From: Podarcis erhardii
Taxonomy: Eukaryota
Reading direction: 5' to 3' (one strand)
Length of the DNA stretch: 64,000 nt
Assembly (NCBI GenBank): GCA_964252035.1
Contig: OZ176209.1
Both the position numbers and the translations under genes were made by a program. Positions 12,061 through 23,221 of this stretch are shown piece by piece. The first letter of the stretch is position 1; the number at the start of each line of letters is the position of its first letter. A model generated the notes under the pieces. The model did not search any database, had not been told where the DNA came from, and saw only the letters and a list, made by a program, of their open reading frames with translations.

Positions 12061-13285
12061 GAAAAGTTGGATTTACTGTAAAGCAGAGATTTTTTTTCTA
12101 GTTAGCAGACAATAGTGCATACAGCTCTGCCTTTTGAGTCAAATCAGTGGGGTGGGATAGAAGGGTCTATGTACATCACATTTGTGCAGTTCCCTCTGGT
12201 AAGCCAGGCAGGGATTCTAAATATACCCCTTCTCCATATTTTTCTAGCTATTTCCTTATACTATTCTGTTAAGGTTTCATTCCCCAGTGTGGTCCCCCCC
12301 CCCCCCATGGCCACAATGCTATCATCAAGGACAAGTGAGAGGGTAGGAGGGTAGTTCTTTCCTCTTCTAGCTTGCTACTGCAAACATTTTTAGAATTGTT
12401 TTTTACCCTGCCTTCTGAAGATGAGCCAACCCCTTACTGTATGCTCCACTCTGCTGACCAGAAGTGTAACTTCCCAGTTGTTAATATTGCAGGTCAGAGG
12501 TGGGACAGAAATCAGTTTAAATTAATTTAATGTGGCACAGGTAATGTAGCAGGAAGTGAAATAGACCAAATCTTAACTGCTTGGCTTTTTTTGTACAGCT
12601 TAAAATCATTCATGCAATGTATCAGGAACAGATTTAATACTTTGGGCAACTTAATAAAATCAACCTCAAGTACAACCCCTTGCATAGTTATTTAGGAGCA
12701 AATCCTGTTTAATTCAGTGAGATTTACTTTTGATTAAACAAGGGTAGAATCGGATAGGAAGACTAATCTGTTTATACTGTACCTTAATGCAAAATGAAGA
12801 AAACCATGGCATAATGTCTTTAATTCCCATACACAGTAGATCAGTATTTTGTCTTGGCCTCCTCATATGAAAAATGAATGAAGTTTTCCTTTCATTGCTC
12901 CAGCTAGAGTTGTGTATATCTGATGGGGAATGGGAACATTTTTCCTGGAAATGAAGAACGTGGAAAGAAAAATGAGCATTGGGATATTAGCTGTTGGAGC
13001 AGCAATATTAGGTAGAAACAAACACATTGATCTTAGTTTTCCTGAATGTTGTGCTGCCAGAACAAGAATAATAGCTAAATGGCCCTCTTTGTAGAACTAT
13101 CCAATCAGACTAGGTGTGATCCTCATACACAATTGCCAAACTTTTAATGCGAGATTGGTTTGTAAGCATCTTAATCAAAAGACTGTTGTAGGTTGCCTGG
13201 CCTGGAAAGAGTCTTTTTTATACTTATGATGAACTGAAGTTTTAATTATGCTGGACCCTTATTGGAAGGTAGGTAGCAGTGTTTG

Positions 13286-13441
13286 CAGTGCTTTTTTTCT
13301 GGGGGGATGCAGGGGTACACATACCCCTAAACATTTTGTGAATGTAAGTTTGGCCTCATTAAGGGGCAGTATTTCAATATGAGTAGGAAAATGAGAGTAG
13401 TGCTAAACATTTTTTTTCTAAGAAAAAAAAAAAAAGCACTG
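13286..13441. mobile_element. hAT-type MITE
   Basis: TIRs CAGTGCTTTTTT / AAAAAAGCACTG with perfect 8-bp TSD AGTGTTTG (13278-13285, 13442-13449). Confidence 0.88.
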
Positions 13442-14519
13442 AGTGTTTGTGTATGGGGAAAACTCTGGATTAAGGTACCATAGGTTTTACTACTCAGATT
13501 TTACACTTAAGAGCTCTTTGATCAGAAATTATGCAGGTAAAAATCCATACTAGATAGAAACATAGTAGTGGTTTACTAAGAGGTCATATTTGGGACAAAA
13601 TGCTTGGCTACTGGAGTTTCTTGAAAAGGAGGATTTCCCTGACTATGCAATTGAGCTAACAGAGCAGAAGCTTCATTTATTACTAAGCTAGCTAAAGGCC
13701 TATCAAGTTTGAATGGTGGGGGTCAGAGAAGGATGGAAAGTTTACATTCTTTACTCCTACCTATATACCAACAAACACCCAACAATCATGTAAGAATTGC
13801 CATGGAGTAGTGATTAAAGCTGCTCACTGTACTTAGTGATTCTAGTGATTAGGAAGTGAACTTATTCTATTTGCATGGTCCTCACTAAATTTCTGTTTTC
13901 TTGATTACACACTAGTATGCATCATGGAGTGTTGAGAACTGACTTGTATAAAATAAGCACTGTATTAAAAATACATAAATCTTGTCTTTCCCTCTGCTGC
14001 TGGAAGCATACGTCAGACACTTTTATTAAAAATATGTTTGTAAATGACCTGTTTGTGCTAGCTATTTAATTACTGCTATACAGCACTCAAAACAGTTTTG
14101 TTGGCTTATGAGCTTATAAAAGTTTGGGAAATGGAAATGTTCTATAACAGCAGGCAGATTTCATTTCTTTTCAAACTTTAATCCACTTGTGGCTAATGAG
14201 CAGAATTAGATAATGTGAATGAACAAATGATAGCCTGATGGCATAGCAAGTTTTAATTATTTCCTTTTCTATTTAAAATTCTAAACTAGAGAGAAGTCTA
14301 CTGTCCCTGCTCCTTGACTCTTGTAATCTCCCAATTCTTAAAAGTGAAAGATTGCATTAAAGGGCAAGATCTTATTGCATGATGCTGTGCAACTGAATAG
14401 ATCAAAGCTGTTGGCTGAACAGTTTTGATTAACTGTGAAGACGCTCTGTTTTCAGAACTATTAAGTATATTAAAATAGCGCCAAGATGAATATGGAGATG
14501 ACCCTAGGTCTGTTTTTAG

Positions 14520-14703
14520 ACTTGCAGGGGGGAAAATTCTATCAACAATCAAGATGCATTTGATAAAAGGAAGAAACAGCAGGGATGCCTTCTGTCAAGC
14601 AGCAGAGGAAGTTGTACAAGATTTGGAATTGAGGATTAAAAATATTATCAACTTTCAGCATGAGTCTATGACAGCTAGCACCACTGGAATTAGTCCAGCC
14701 CGG
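14520..14703 (+). CDS. PARPBP: PARPBP coding exon
   Basis: ttttag|A...CGG|gtaagg, 184 bp, phase 2/0. [61 protein letters not shown]. Confidence 0.96.
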
Positions 14704-14918
14704 GTAAGGGGCCCCCTTTTGTTCTTTTAAATGGTTTGATATCAAAGAAAGGACATTTTTTAAAATGATTTGAATGTAGAAACTAACTCAGTAATACAAA
14801 TTTAATACAATAATAGGTAATATATGTAATACAATGTAAGAACTATCTATGCAATCTAGGTTTCCTATAATATGGGTTTAACAAGTTGAAATAAAGCATT
14901 TGCTTTGCACTGAGGGAT

Positions 14919-14920
<2 letters not shown>

Positions 14921-14954
<34 letters not shown>
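14921..14954. repeat. (GT)n microsatellite
   Basis: Direct read. Confidence 0.95.
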
Positions 14955-14956
<2 letters not shown>

Positions 14957-15618
14957 ACACACATAGTCTTACTTGGCAAATAAGGTACTTCTAAAGAATT
15001 ATGAAAGAAAAGAGTTTTTCTAATAATTTAATACTGATAACTTAACATCAGAGTGAAATATTCTATATTTTGTCTAATGTCTCAAGACATTCCTACCAAC
15101 AACAACAATTTTACCCAAACATTATAAACTTCTACCTTTTTAGATTTTTGGGGGAAAACAGATTTTCCTTTCATTCTTAGTAATGGTTGACACTGTGATT
15201 ACCCTTACCATTATGTTTATATGCTGGGTTTTTCCTTGGCTGGATTGGTTATTAACTCTGGGAGGTCTTTTTGCTAAGCTCTCCCTTGCTTCAATCCCTT
15301 GGCATTATCTTTCTGCATGAACACCTTCAGTGGTGCACCTTGTTAATTCTTGCTGTCTTAAGTTGGGGCACAGCATGGTCTAAGATAAGTAGATGTACCA
15401 TGTGATACAACCTCCATCCATGTATCTGATAATCCCAACCTGTAACTAGTCACTTTTGATCCAATGATACACATGCACAAACATTTATGTTCAGGTTTTA
15501 AGCTTTATCAGAGAGGTTTTATATCCTAAATTGTATGACCTAAAACTACTTTGATCAGGTGAGTCAATTGATGCAAACCCCTCCTGTAAAGCTAATAATA
15601 GTCAATATTTAATTTCAG

Positions 15619-15785
15619 CCCAAGCTACATGCTATAAACCATGGCACTGCTTATTGTGGCAAAGATACTGTAAAGGCTTTATTAGCACTTTTGGATGAAG
15701 CAGCTACCGATCCTCCTCCCAAAAACAAATTCCAAATGTTGTTTGGTGATGAATTCGGATTCCCTTGTACATTTTTGTTGTTCAG
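15619..15785 (+). CDS. PARPBP: PARPBP coding exon
   Basis: tttcag|CCC...AG|gtaagt, 167 bp, phase 0/2. PKLHAINHGTAYCGKDTVKALLALLDEAATDPPPKNKFQMLFGDEFGFPCTFLLF. Confidence 0.96.
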
Positions 15786-16832
15786 GTAAGTGCTAGGTGC
15801 TGAAAAATGGCAAAGCCTCACAGAAGAGGTGAGAGCAAGAATACTTTTCCCCATGAAACTGATGGCTTGGGGCCACCTCATATGCAGTTATCTCCTATAC
15901 AAAGACTATGTAAAGAACAACAAGCATACTGTAACTTGGGAAGTGTGGAATGTGTGTTTCAAAAAAGACAGTGGCTCAGGAAGTTGATGCATTCAACTGT
16001 CCTCAGCTGGAATTATTCTTGGGTGGAAAAGGATGACAATATTGTATCAATAAAATATTAGTCATAGAATTCTGTATAACAAAAATAATGTCATCAACAA
16101 GGGGGAAACAATTGCAAAGTAAAAAATGGAGTGAAACACTTGAGAAGAAGCATACCAAGACTTAAGTACTGTTAAAGATACTTTCTAACTGAGCCAGTTT
16201 TATGTTGCTTGGAGTTAGATAAAATATGGCAACTGAGAAGCCTTATTGCTACCCATATTTCCTTAATGAAAAATTCAGTTTCAGCAGAATGTTTAGTAAA
16301 CTTATGACTTTACCCAAAATGGTCATTACAGCTACAGTGATAAAATAAAAACAGTAGAAAAAGGGTAAAAAACTAAAAGTATGTACAATGATAAATAAAT
16401 AAGTTGTCTCACCCCCCGCCCCAATATTAGCTTCTCCAATCAAGCTGTCATCAATAGGTACAGAGCTCCTTTGTATGTCTGCAGATTTCTGAACTAAAAA
16501 AGCATTTGTTTCATGACGGGAACCTATTTACACAAGCATTTTTTGTGTACATATGAATTGGCTCCCTTCTTTAAAATGAATTAAACACCCACACAGCCAA
16601 AGGTCTCTGCAGATCAAAATACATGTTGCATCTCTTCAGTCAGAGCAGCTGCAGTAGGTTTTGTTTTGGGACTGGGTTTGCTTTTTTGTTCATATGCTAA
16701 AAAGTCATTTATTTTGGAATTTTAAAAAACAGACGCCAAATCTATATATGCATGTAATGAAAATTCACCGTAATATGTTCTCATATATTGGGCTGGTCAC
16801 TATTGCTTACAGTCACTGTTATATTAATTTAG

Positions 16833-16914
16833 ATCTCCAGCACAATCTAGTGGATCTTCTCCAAAAGTTTTGAGACAGAGAATTCGGACAGCAGTTGGTG
16901 AAAAAAAAATTAAG
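16833..16914 (+). CDS. PARPBP: PARPBP coding exon
   Basis: tttag|A...AAG|gtatga, 82 bp, phase 2/0. SPAQSSGSSPKVLRQRIRTAVGEKKIK. Confidence 0.88.
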
Positions 16915-17989
16915 GTATGATAACTGCAAAATCCTTGCCTTGAGGAGAACTATTATTAATCTAATTGATTACATATCTATATTGTCTGGTGTCTGAGGCC
17001 TGATTTGCAATTTCAGGTGAAATGATGCTTTTATTTCACTCTTCTTTCTCCCCACCATCCCTTAAAAAACAACAAAACTGCCATGAACAAGCACTGGGGT
17101 AAACACTGTCTACCCTCATGCACCAGCTCCTACACTTCCTTTCCTAAGCATGATAATAAACCCAGACTGGGGAACTCTCACTTAATACAAGGGATAAAGA
17201 ACTGAAGTTAGTGCATGGGGTGGAGATTAGGAAGATGTGTTTGGCTGAGGTGCTCCCCACAACCTGGCTTTAGCATACTGAAAGTTTTCTAAAGATGGAA
17301 AAAGCTGTAAAACAGAGCATTTTGGTCTGTCCTCTGTGAACTGATCACTTCTGCTTATTTGTCTGTAGCAAGTACCTTAACAGCAGGGGTAGATCTGGAC
17401 ATTCTTCAGTCTCCAGAAGCTATTGCTGTAAATGATTAGTTTGCCTCCTGCAGTGGAATAAGCATGCTTAGAGTCCTTTGAAGAAAAATATGTATCAAGG
17501 TTTTTTTAAAGTTAATTTGGATTTAAACTGTTTTAAGCAAAGCTTAACAGCTTAGATCTAATCCTGTGGGCCTTTATATCAGTAAAGCACCAATTGTAAT
17601 GGTACTCTGTGTTTCATTCTAATCTCACAACCTCTGGTATTGTGATAATGCAATGTGATAGGTTGGAACTACAGTACATATATTAAACATCACCAAATAT
17701 AGTATCATACAATGCAGTTACGCTACACTGAAATCGGCGGAACAAGATAAGAGTTCAGATTACCGTATTTTTCGCACCATAGGACGCAGTTTTTCCGTCT
17801 TAAAAACTAAGGGGAAAAGTCTGTGCGTCCTATGGAGCGAATGCAGGGGGGGGGGGAGGCAGGCAGGAAAAGCCCCCAAGAGCCACACACAAGCTTCGTG
17901 CGGCTCTTGCAGGCTTTTCCCCAGGAGGGAGAAGGGACTGACGCGGTCAGTCAGTCCCTTCTCCCTCCTCTAGAAAAGCCTTGCGCAAT

Positions 17990-18335
17990 CTCTCCAGCCG
18001 GGGGGAGGCTGCGCAAGGCTAAAGAGGAAGCCCGGGCAGCGAGCGTGATCCATCCCGCTCGCTGCCCGGGCTTCCTTTTTAGCCTTGCACGCCTCTCCAG
18101 CCACGGGAGGCTGTGCAAGGCTAAAGAGGAAGCCAGGGCAGCGAGCGCGATCCATCCCCGATCGCTCCCCTGGCTTCCTTCTTAGCATTGCGCGCCTCTC
18201 CAGCCGCGGGAGGCTGTGCAAGGCTAAAGAGGAAGCCCGGGCAGCGAGCGCGATCCATCCCCGATCGCTCCCCTGGCTTCCTTCTTAGCATTGCGCGCCT
18301 CTCCAGCCGTGGGAGGCTGCGCAAGGCTAAAGAAG
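17990..18335. repeat. Tandem array of ~3.3 x 102-103-bp GC-rich palindromic units
   Basis: Units start near 18004, 18106, 18209 and 18312. Each folds as a ~35-bp stem with a ~10-nt GATCCATCC loop. Confidence 0.9.
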
Positions 18336-18789
18336 CCAACTTTTAAAAAATCTCTCTATCTCTACATCTTTTTCTTTTTTTGTCCTTTCTCCACCCCCTT
18401 CTTTTCCTCTGGATCAGTGTTTTTATCTAGATTAACGTTTTAGTTTGGAGGGGGGAATATTATAAAAAGGAAACTTTGCAGCTTTTATTTTAGTATACAA
18501 TAAAAACAGATTAAACAAAATACAAAAGAAGGAAATAGCACAGAAGAAGAAGAGAAGAGAAAAGAAAAGAAAAGAAAAGGGAAAGCTATTTACCAGAGGT
18601 AGATCTTAACCCTTGCCTCACCTGGGAGCTTCTCTGGGCAGGAATTCCCTTGGCTTAAGTGGGGTGGGGGGAGAGTGGCAGGTAGGGGGGTACCTACCTA
18701 GACACTGAAGCCACATGTCTCTCCAATGAAAATTGGGAGTGGGTATTGTGTGAAGTGGCTGTGGATCTCCTGCCGCAGAAGTGTAGGAC

Positions 18790-18990
18790 TGTATAGAGTT
18801 GGAAGGGCCACCCGAGGGTCATCTAGCCCAGCCCCCTCACAATGTAGGAATTACAGCTAAAGAACGCCAGGCAGATGGTCCCCCAACTGCTGCTTAAAAG
18901 CCTCCAGTGGTGAAGACCCCCAACACCTTCCAAGGTCATAGAATTGCAGGGTTGGAAGGGAACCCCAGGAGTCATCTAGTCCAGCCCCGG
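18790..18990 (-). mobile_element. Two CR1 3'-end fragments within the cargo of the fold-back element
   Basis: tagagttggaaggg...gtcatctag(c/t)ccagcccc motif occurs twice, the reverse complement of the CR1 terminus. Confidence 0.7.
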
Positions 18991-19385
18991 TGGACAGCAG
19001 GCACGATCCATCCTGTTGTGCAAGGCTAAAGATGCTGCTCAAGGCTAAAGAGGAAGCCAAGGCAGTGAGTGGGATGGATCGCGCTCGCTGCCTTGTCTTC
19101 TTCTTTAGCTGCGTTGGAGAGGTTTAGCTCCTGGCTGGAGAGGTTGCACGGCTATGGATCCCGCTCGCTGTCTTGGCTTCTTTGCTCTTTGGGGCTGGGG
19201 GGGGGCCCAGGCTTCCCCCGCAGCCCCGAGAAGCTCTGGGAGAAGCGGACAGGCTGCGTGCAGCCTGTCCCTTGCTCTTTGGGGCTGGGGGGGGGAAATA
19301 ATATTTTTTCCCTTGATTTCCCCCTCTAAAAACTAGGTGCGTCCTGTGGTCCGGTGCGTCCAATAGAGCGAAAAATACGGTATAT

Positions 19386-19944
19386 TCATATTGGCCCGAA
19401 TATAAGCCGCACCCGAATATAAGCTGCACCTTTAAAATTAAAGGGGGGAAAAGAAATGACAATACCTGAGGAGGAGTGGGGGCTGAGGGGGGCCAAGGAG
19501 GCAGCTCTTTCACTCCAGCGGCGGCAGCAGCAGTGGGCAGCAGCGCTTCCAGAGGGTCAACACCACCATGGGCCCCCAATGGGATGGGCGGAGAGAGGCA
19601 GCGGCTGGCGGGACTCATGTGCCCCTCGGCGGGCTAAAGCCAGGCAGCACCTCAGGCTAGTGCCAGTCCCAGCACACCAACTGCATCTCCTGTTCCTCCT
19701 AGCAGACCTTATCACTTGCTCATCCGCGCTCCTCCCTTCCTCCTCCTCGTCGCCTTCTGGCTCCCTCTCAGGGACCCCCTCACCGTGCCGCCATCTTGGG
19801 AGCTGGCCCAGTTGAAACCAGGCAACATCTGGGGACAAGCCCACTCCAATCCAATTTTTGTAAGGTCATGAATATAAGCCGCACTTTTCATGGTCAGAAT
19901 TTTTTTTTGGGGGGGGGATGTGGCTTATATTTGGGCCAATACGG
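19386..19944. mobile_element. Second pogo/Tc1-type MITE with GC/CpG-rich internal segment
   Basis: Terminal repeats (c)ATATTGGCCCGAATATAAGCCGC / TGGCTTATATTTGGGCCAATACGG|TA. Left end slightly decayed and abutting the previous element. Confidence 0.8.
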
Positions 19945-20064
19945 TATATAATGTAAAATATAGTTACCTAAATTTCTGGAAGTATTTTCACATCAGATTT
20001 CCATATTAAAAATCACATTCATAGCAACCACCTGCATTTCATAATTTCACTTCTTTCAATTTAG

Positions 20065-20227
20065 TTGAAGCAACCTTTAATTAGGTCTCAGTTTTCTTGC
20101 ACCTACAAAGATGACCAAATGACTGAGTCAAAGGGTCAGCATTTCCAGGCAATCCAGGCCCCAACATGTGAACATCCAGCACTGAAAGAAAAGGCTGTTC
20201 CAGACTCTAAAAAGGAATCAACTGCAG
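20065..20227 (+). CDS. PARPBP: PARPBP penultimate coding exon
   Basis: tttag|TTG...G|gtaaac, 163 bp, phase 0/1. LKQPLIRSQFSCTYKDD matches human MKQTLIRSQFACTYKDD. Confidence 0.95.
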
Positions 20228-20550
20228 GTAAACGAATCAGCAATAAAACTTCTCAAGACCTCTTTGCTTTCCCTTTCTGTTTTTCAGTGACTATATAGTT
20301 GCATCATTCTGATAAGCCAGATGGATTTGTATGTTGCCAAATTCAAATTAACCATTATAATCATATCTAAAATTGTTTTGTATAAGAAAATCAGAGTTCT
20401 ATTGAATCACACCAAAGACTCATCTAGCTCATCTATTTCCAACATTGGCCTCTCGGGGTGCCTGGAAAGTCCATGAATAGGGTATGAAGGCAGTCATGCC
20501 TGCTGCTGCTTTCTGTCTCCAGGTTCTGATATCCAGCAGCTAGTTCTGGT

Positions 20551-20859
20551 CAGGGGCGTAGGAAGGGGGGGGTGCGGTCCGCCCTGGGTGTCATCCTTGA
20601 GGGGGGTGACAAAATGGCCCGCAGCGCACCCGAGCCACGCGTCTCTCCTGGGAGTGATGCGGTGGCTTGGGGCCTTGCGCTGCCCGAAATGGCAGTGTAG
20701 AGCTTGCGTCCGCCAAGTGGATTCTGTGGGCAGCTTGCTGCGCCGCCCCCCTGGGCGGGTCATCACTGCGGCACCCCTGTGCATGGATTGCCCCATCCCC
20801 ATCGGCGGCTCGCCCTGCCCCCACTGCTCCGGGTGCCGGAGCAGCTAGCTACGCCCTTG
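20551..20859. mobile_element. hAT-type MITE, young, CpG-rich interior
   Basis: TIRs CAGGGGCGTAG / CTACGCCCTTG with perfect 8-bp TSD GTTCTGGT (20543-20550, 20860-20867). Confidence 0.9.
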
Positions 20860-22241
20860 GTTCTGGTTGCAGATAACTAGTATCCAGATTCTATTTAGCC
20901 AGCATGGAACTTATTGTTAGACTTGTTTTATTATGTACGTTTTGTTCTTTTAATCATGTGCTTCCTGTATACCTCATTCTCAATCTCACCTACTTTACAG
21001 AGTTGATGTGGGAATAGACTATTGGACAGGTCCAATATGGCATGGAATTTGCCTTTTTGTTTTGCACCACGCAACCTGAGTTCTCATCAAGTTTTCCACA
21101 ATGACCCCACAATCTCTTTCCTGGTTCAACATTATCAGTTCAGACCCCAGCAGTATATATGCATATGTGAAGTGTATATGTGAAGATAGGATGTTTTGCC
21201 CCAAGGTGCATAACTTTATGTGTAAAAGTGAACACATAATTCAAGTATCATTTGCCATTTTATTACCCATTTACCCATTTTCAATTTCTTCACCAGTTCA
21301 CTTGGAGTTTCACTGTTCTTGATAATTTGGTGTCTTTCACAAACTTGGCCACTTCACTGATCATTCCTAATACGATCATTTATGAATTAGTTGAATAGTA
21401 CTGATCTCAGTGCAGATCCACAGGAGACACCACTGCTTGCTTTCTCCTGCAATTATTTAATACAAAACCCCTTTATATAAATGTTGGCCATGAACATTCA
21501 GGCCTTCAAAGCACTGGTGTTGAAAACAGCATTGCTTTTGAGTGTTGCTTTTTGTTGCCTTAGGGCTGTATTTCTTCTATGCTTGCTTCTACAAGCAAGT
21601 AACTGGAATATCACAAGGGCCGTATAATGCAGTCATGGATACAGTTTGCAGCAAATCCTGTTGCTGCAACAGCTAGAATAAGTGCAATGTGATCTTATAA
21701 ATTGCTGCTACTATATCTGCGGTCACCAGATGCACCTTTTATCTTTGTCCACCCAGGTGCATAACTCAGTACACGGATTTCTGATGTGTAAAAGTACCTT
21801 GTGTGAATTGACCTCTGTCAAAAGTGATACTCTAAATATTCTTGAAAAGTTATTTAAACTTCACATACTTTTTATAACCTGTGTATTGCCATGGTAAATA
21901 GATGAAGACAAAGGTGTTTAAACTGTTGATTTAATTCTTTTACATCAACAAATAGTTGCATTTTGCTGTATATGTTTTACTTTTTAAAGATGAACTTTCT
22001 GCCCTCTGTGTGTCCATTTCCTATAGCAATTGCTGAATTTTTTTTCTAAATCATTGCTACAATTCTATATCATGTTTGGCTTGTAGTGCACTAACTCTGC
22101 TAATTTGTGTTGGGCTAATTATTTTTATAAGAAAGTAATCTGTGTAAAAATTTAAGTGACTAGCACATCAGGAAAAAAATTACTCAAATAATATTATCTT
22201 GCTTTGTTTTTCTTATAAAAATGTTGTGTTCTCTTAACCAG

Positions 22242-22582
22242 CAGAATGCCTACATTCACAACTTGAAAGTGCTGCACTTGGAACTAGTTCTGGAAATGTT
22301 CATCAGAATGGAAGTAAAAGTAAAGAAATAGGAAAACTAAGTTGCCAGCCAAGAAACAAGAGCTCAAAGAGGAAGCAGGTGGACAGGACTAGTGAAAATG
22401 TCATATGCAGTGATGAAAACGAATCACTTCAACACATACACAGTAAGAGACCAAAAACTGCAGTGAAATGCCAGAATAGTTTGGACAGCAAAATAAAGAG
22501 GGCTGGAAAATGCAACAAGATTATAGCCAAAAATAAACTGATTGTTGGTCAAGCAAAGCTAACTCATTTCTTTAGATTATAA
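22242..22582 (+). CDS. PARPBP: PARPBP last coding exon (acceptor 22242 or 22245)
   Basis: ttaacCAG|CAG acceptor, phase 1, open to TAA at 22580-22582. Ends NKSSKRKQVD...GQAKLTHFFRL, with C-terminal PIP box QxxLxxFF as in human PARI (QAKLTQFFRL). Confidence 0.96.
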
Positions 22583-22742
22583 ATGCTCTTGCTGTGATTC
22601 TTATGCAAACAATTGTTGACTCGTTTTGAGGTTTGAAAGAAAAAATGCATACGCTACAGTAACATCTTCCTTGTGATTATAAATATTGATATGTATGCAG
22701 TATTTGGACAAATGGATCAACAAGCTTTGCGGAATTCCCAGT

Positions 22743-22748
22743 TTTAAT
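22743..22748 (-). terminator. Candidate PMCH polyadenylation signal (ATTAAA)
   Basis: First A(A/T)TAAA hexamer I found on the minus strand after the PMCH stop, ~170 nt downstream. Confidence 0.5.
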
Positions 22749-22916
22749 AATGCACTGTAATCTTTTACATTTGTATACTGTAATCATGTGGTATTTTGAT
22801 GTACAAATATATAGGATCAATACAAACACAAAACAATACTTAAACCACAACTACTTCTTTACTGAATTGTCAAGAACATGGTTTTGTCTCTTCCAAATGA
22901 CGTACTTCAGCAGTTG

Positions 22917-22966
22917 TTAGACTTGCCAACAAGGTCGGTAGACTCTTCCCAGCATGCACCTGAGCA
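22917..22966 (-). CDS. PMCH: PMCH exon 3 (MCH peptide C-terminal part)
   Basis: ttatgcag|TG CTC AGG TGC...GTC TAA. With exon 2 it gives DFDMLRCMLGRVYRPCWQV, identical to mammalian MCH. Confidence 0.99.
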
Positions 22967-22981
22967 CTGCATAAAACATCC

Positions 22982-22987
22982 AATAAA
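22982..22987 (+). terminator. Candidate PARPBP polyadenylation signal (AATAAA)
   Basis: First canonical AATAAA on + after the PARPBP stop, followed by a T/GT-rich tract. Next candidate at 23435-23440. Confidence 0.5.
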
Positions 22988-23221
22988 TATTGATATTTTT
23001 GTGTAGATAGTTAACACACATAACACTTATTTAAATTGGGTTTAAGAACATCTTCATCTTACATACCTTCACTAAGCTAATAATCTTTAAATCAATTTAT
23101 TTAATTTTTTTTAAAAGGAAATGACTCCAGTCCAAGTGTTTGTCTCAGTAGTTGATACCTTAAAATGCTGCAATAATCCAGCTGTTTTACTTGCTTGAAA
23201 TAACCTGAAAGTTATACTTAC

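Larger units (their letters stand above)
17763..19380. mobile_element. 1.6-kb non-autonomous pogo/Tc1-type fold-back element with internal tandem hairpin array and central cargo
   Basis: TA|CCGTATTTTTCGCACCATAGGACGCA ... TGCGTCCAATAGAGCGAAAAATACGG|TA. ~102-bp palindromic repeats at left, inverted degenerate copies at right, no transposase ORF. Confidence 0.85.

Noticed and set aside
10455-13423. TTCNNNGAA (STAT5-type) motifs as GH-responsive IGF1 enhancers
   Set aside because: Isolated 9-mers expected by chance, some within a TE relic, far from IGF1 and with no conservation evidence.
17990-18335. Regular palindromic repeats as a CRISPR-like array
   Set aside because: Units abut with near-identical loops and no unique spacers. 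They lie inside a TIR element in a vertebrate intron with no cas genes.
17823-18339. Several ORFs with repeated peptides (e.g. RLCKAKEEARAAS)
   Set aside because: Artefacts of the GC-rich tandem repeat; no splice or homology support.
19124-19844. ORFs of 95-164 aa on both strands
   Set aside because: They span MITE termini and GC-rich cargo, which are stop-poor, and give no recognisable protein.
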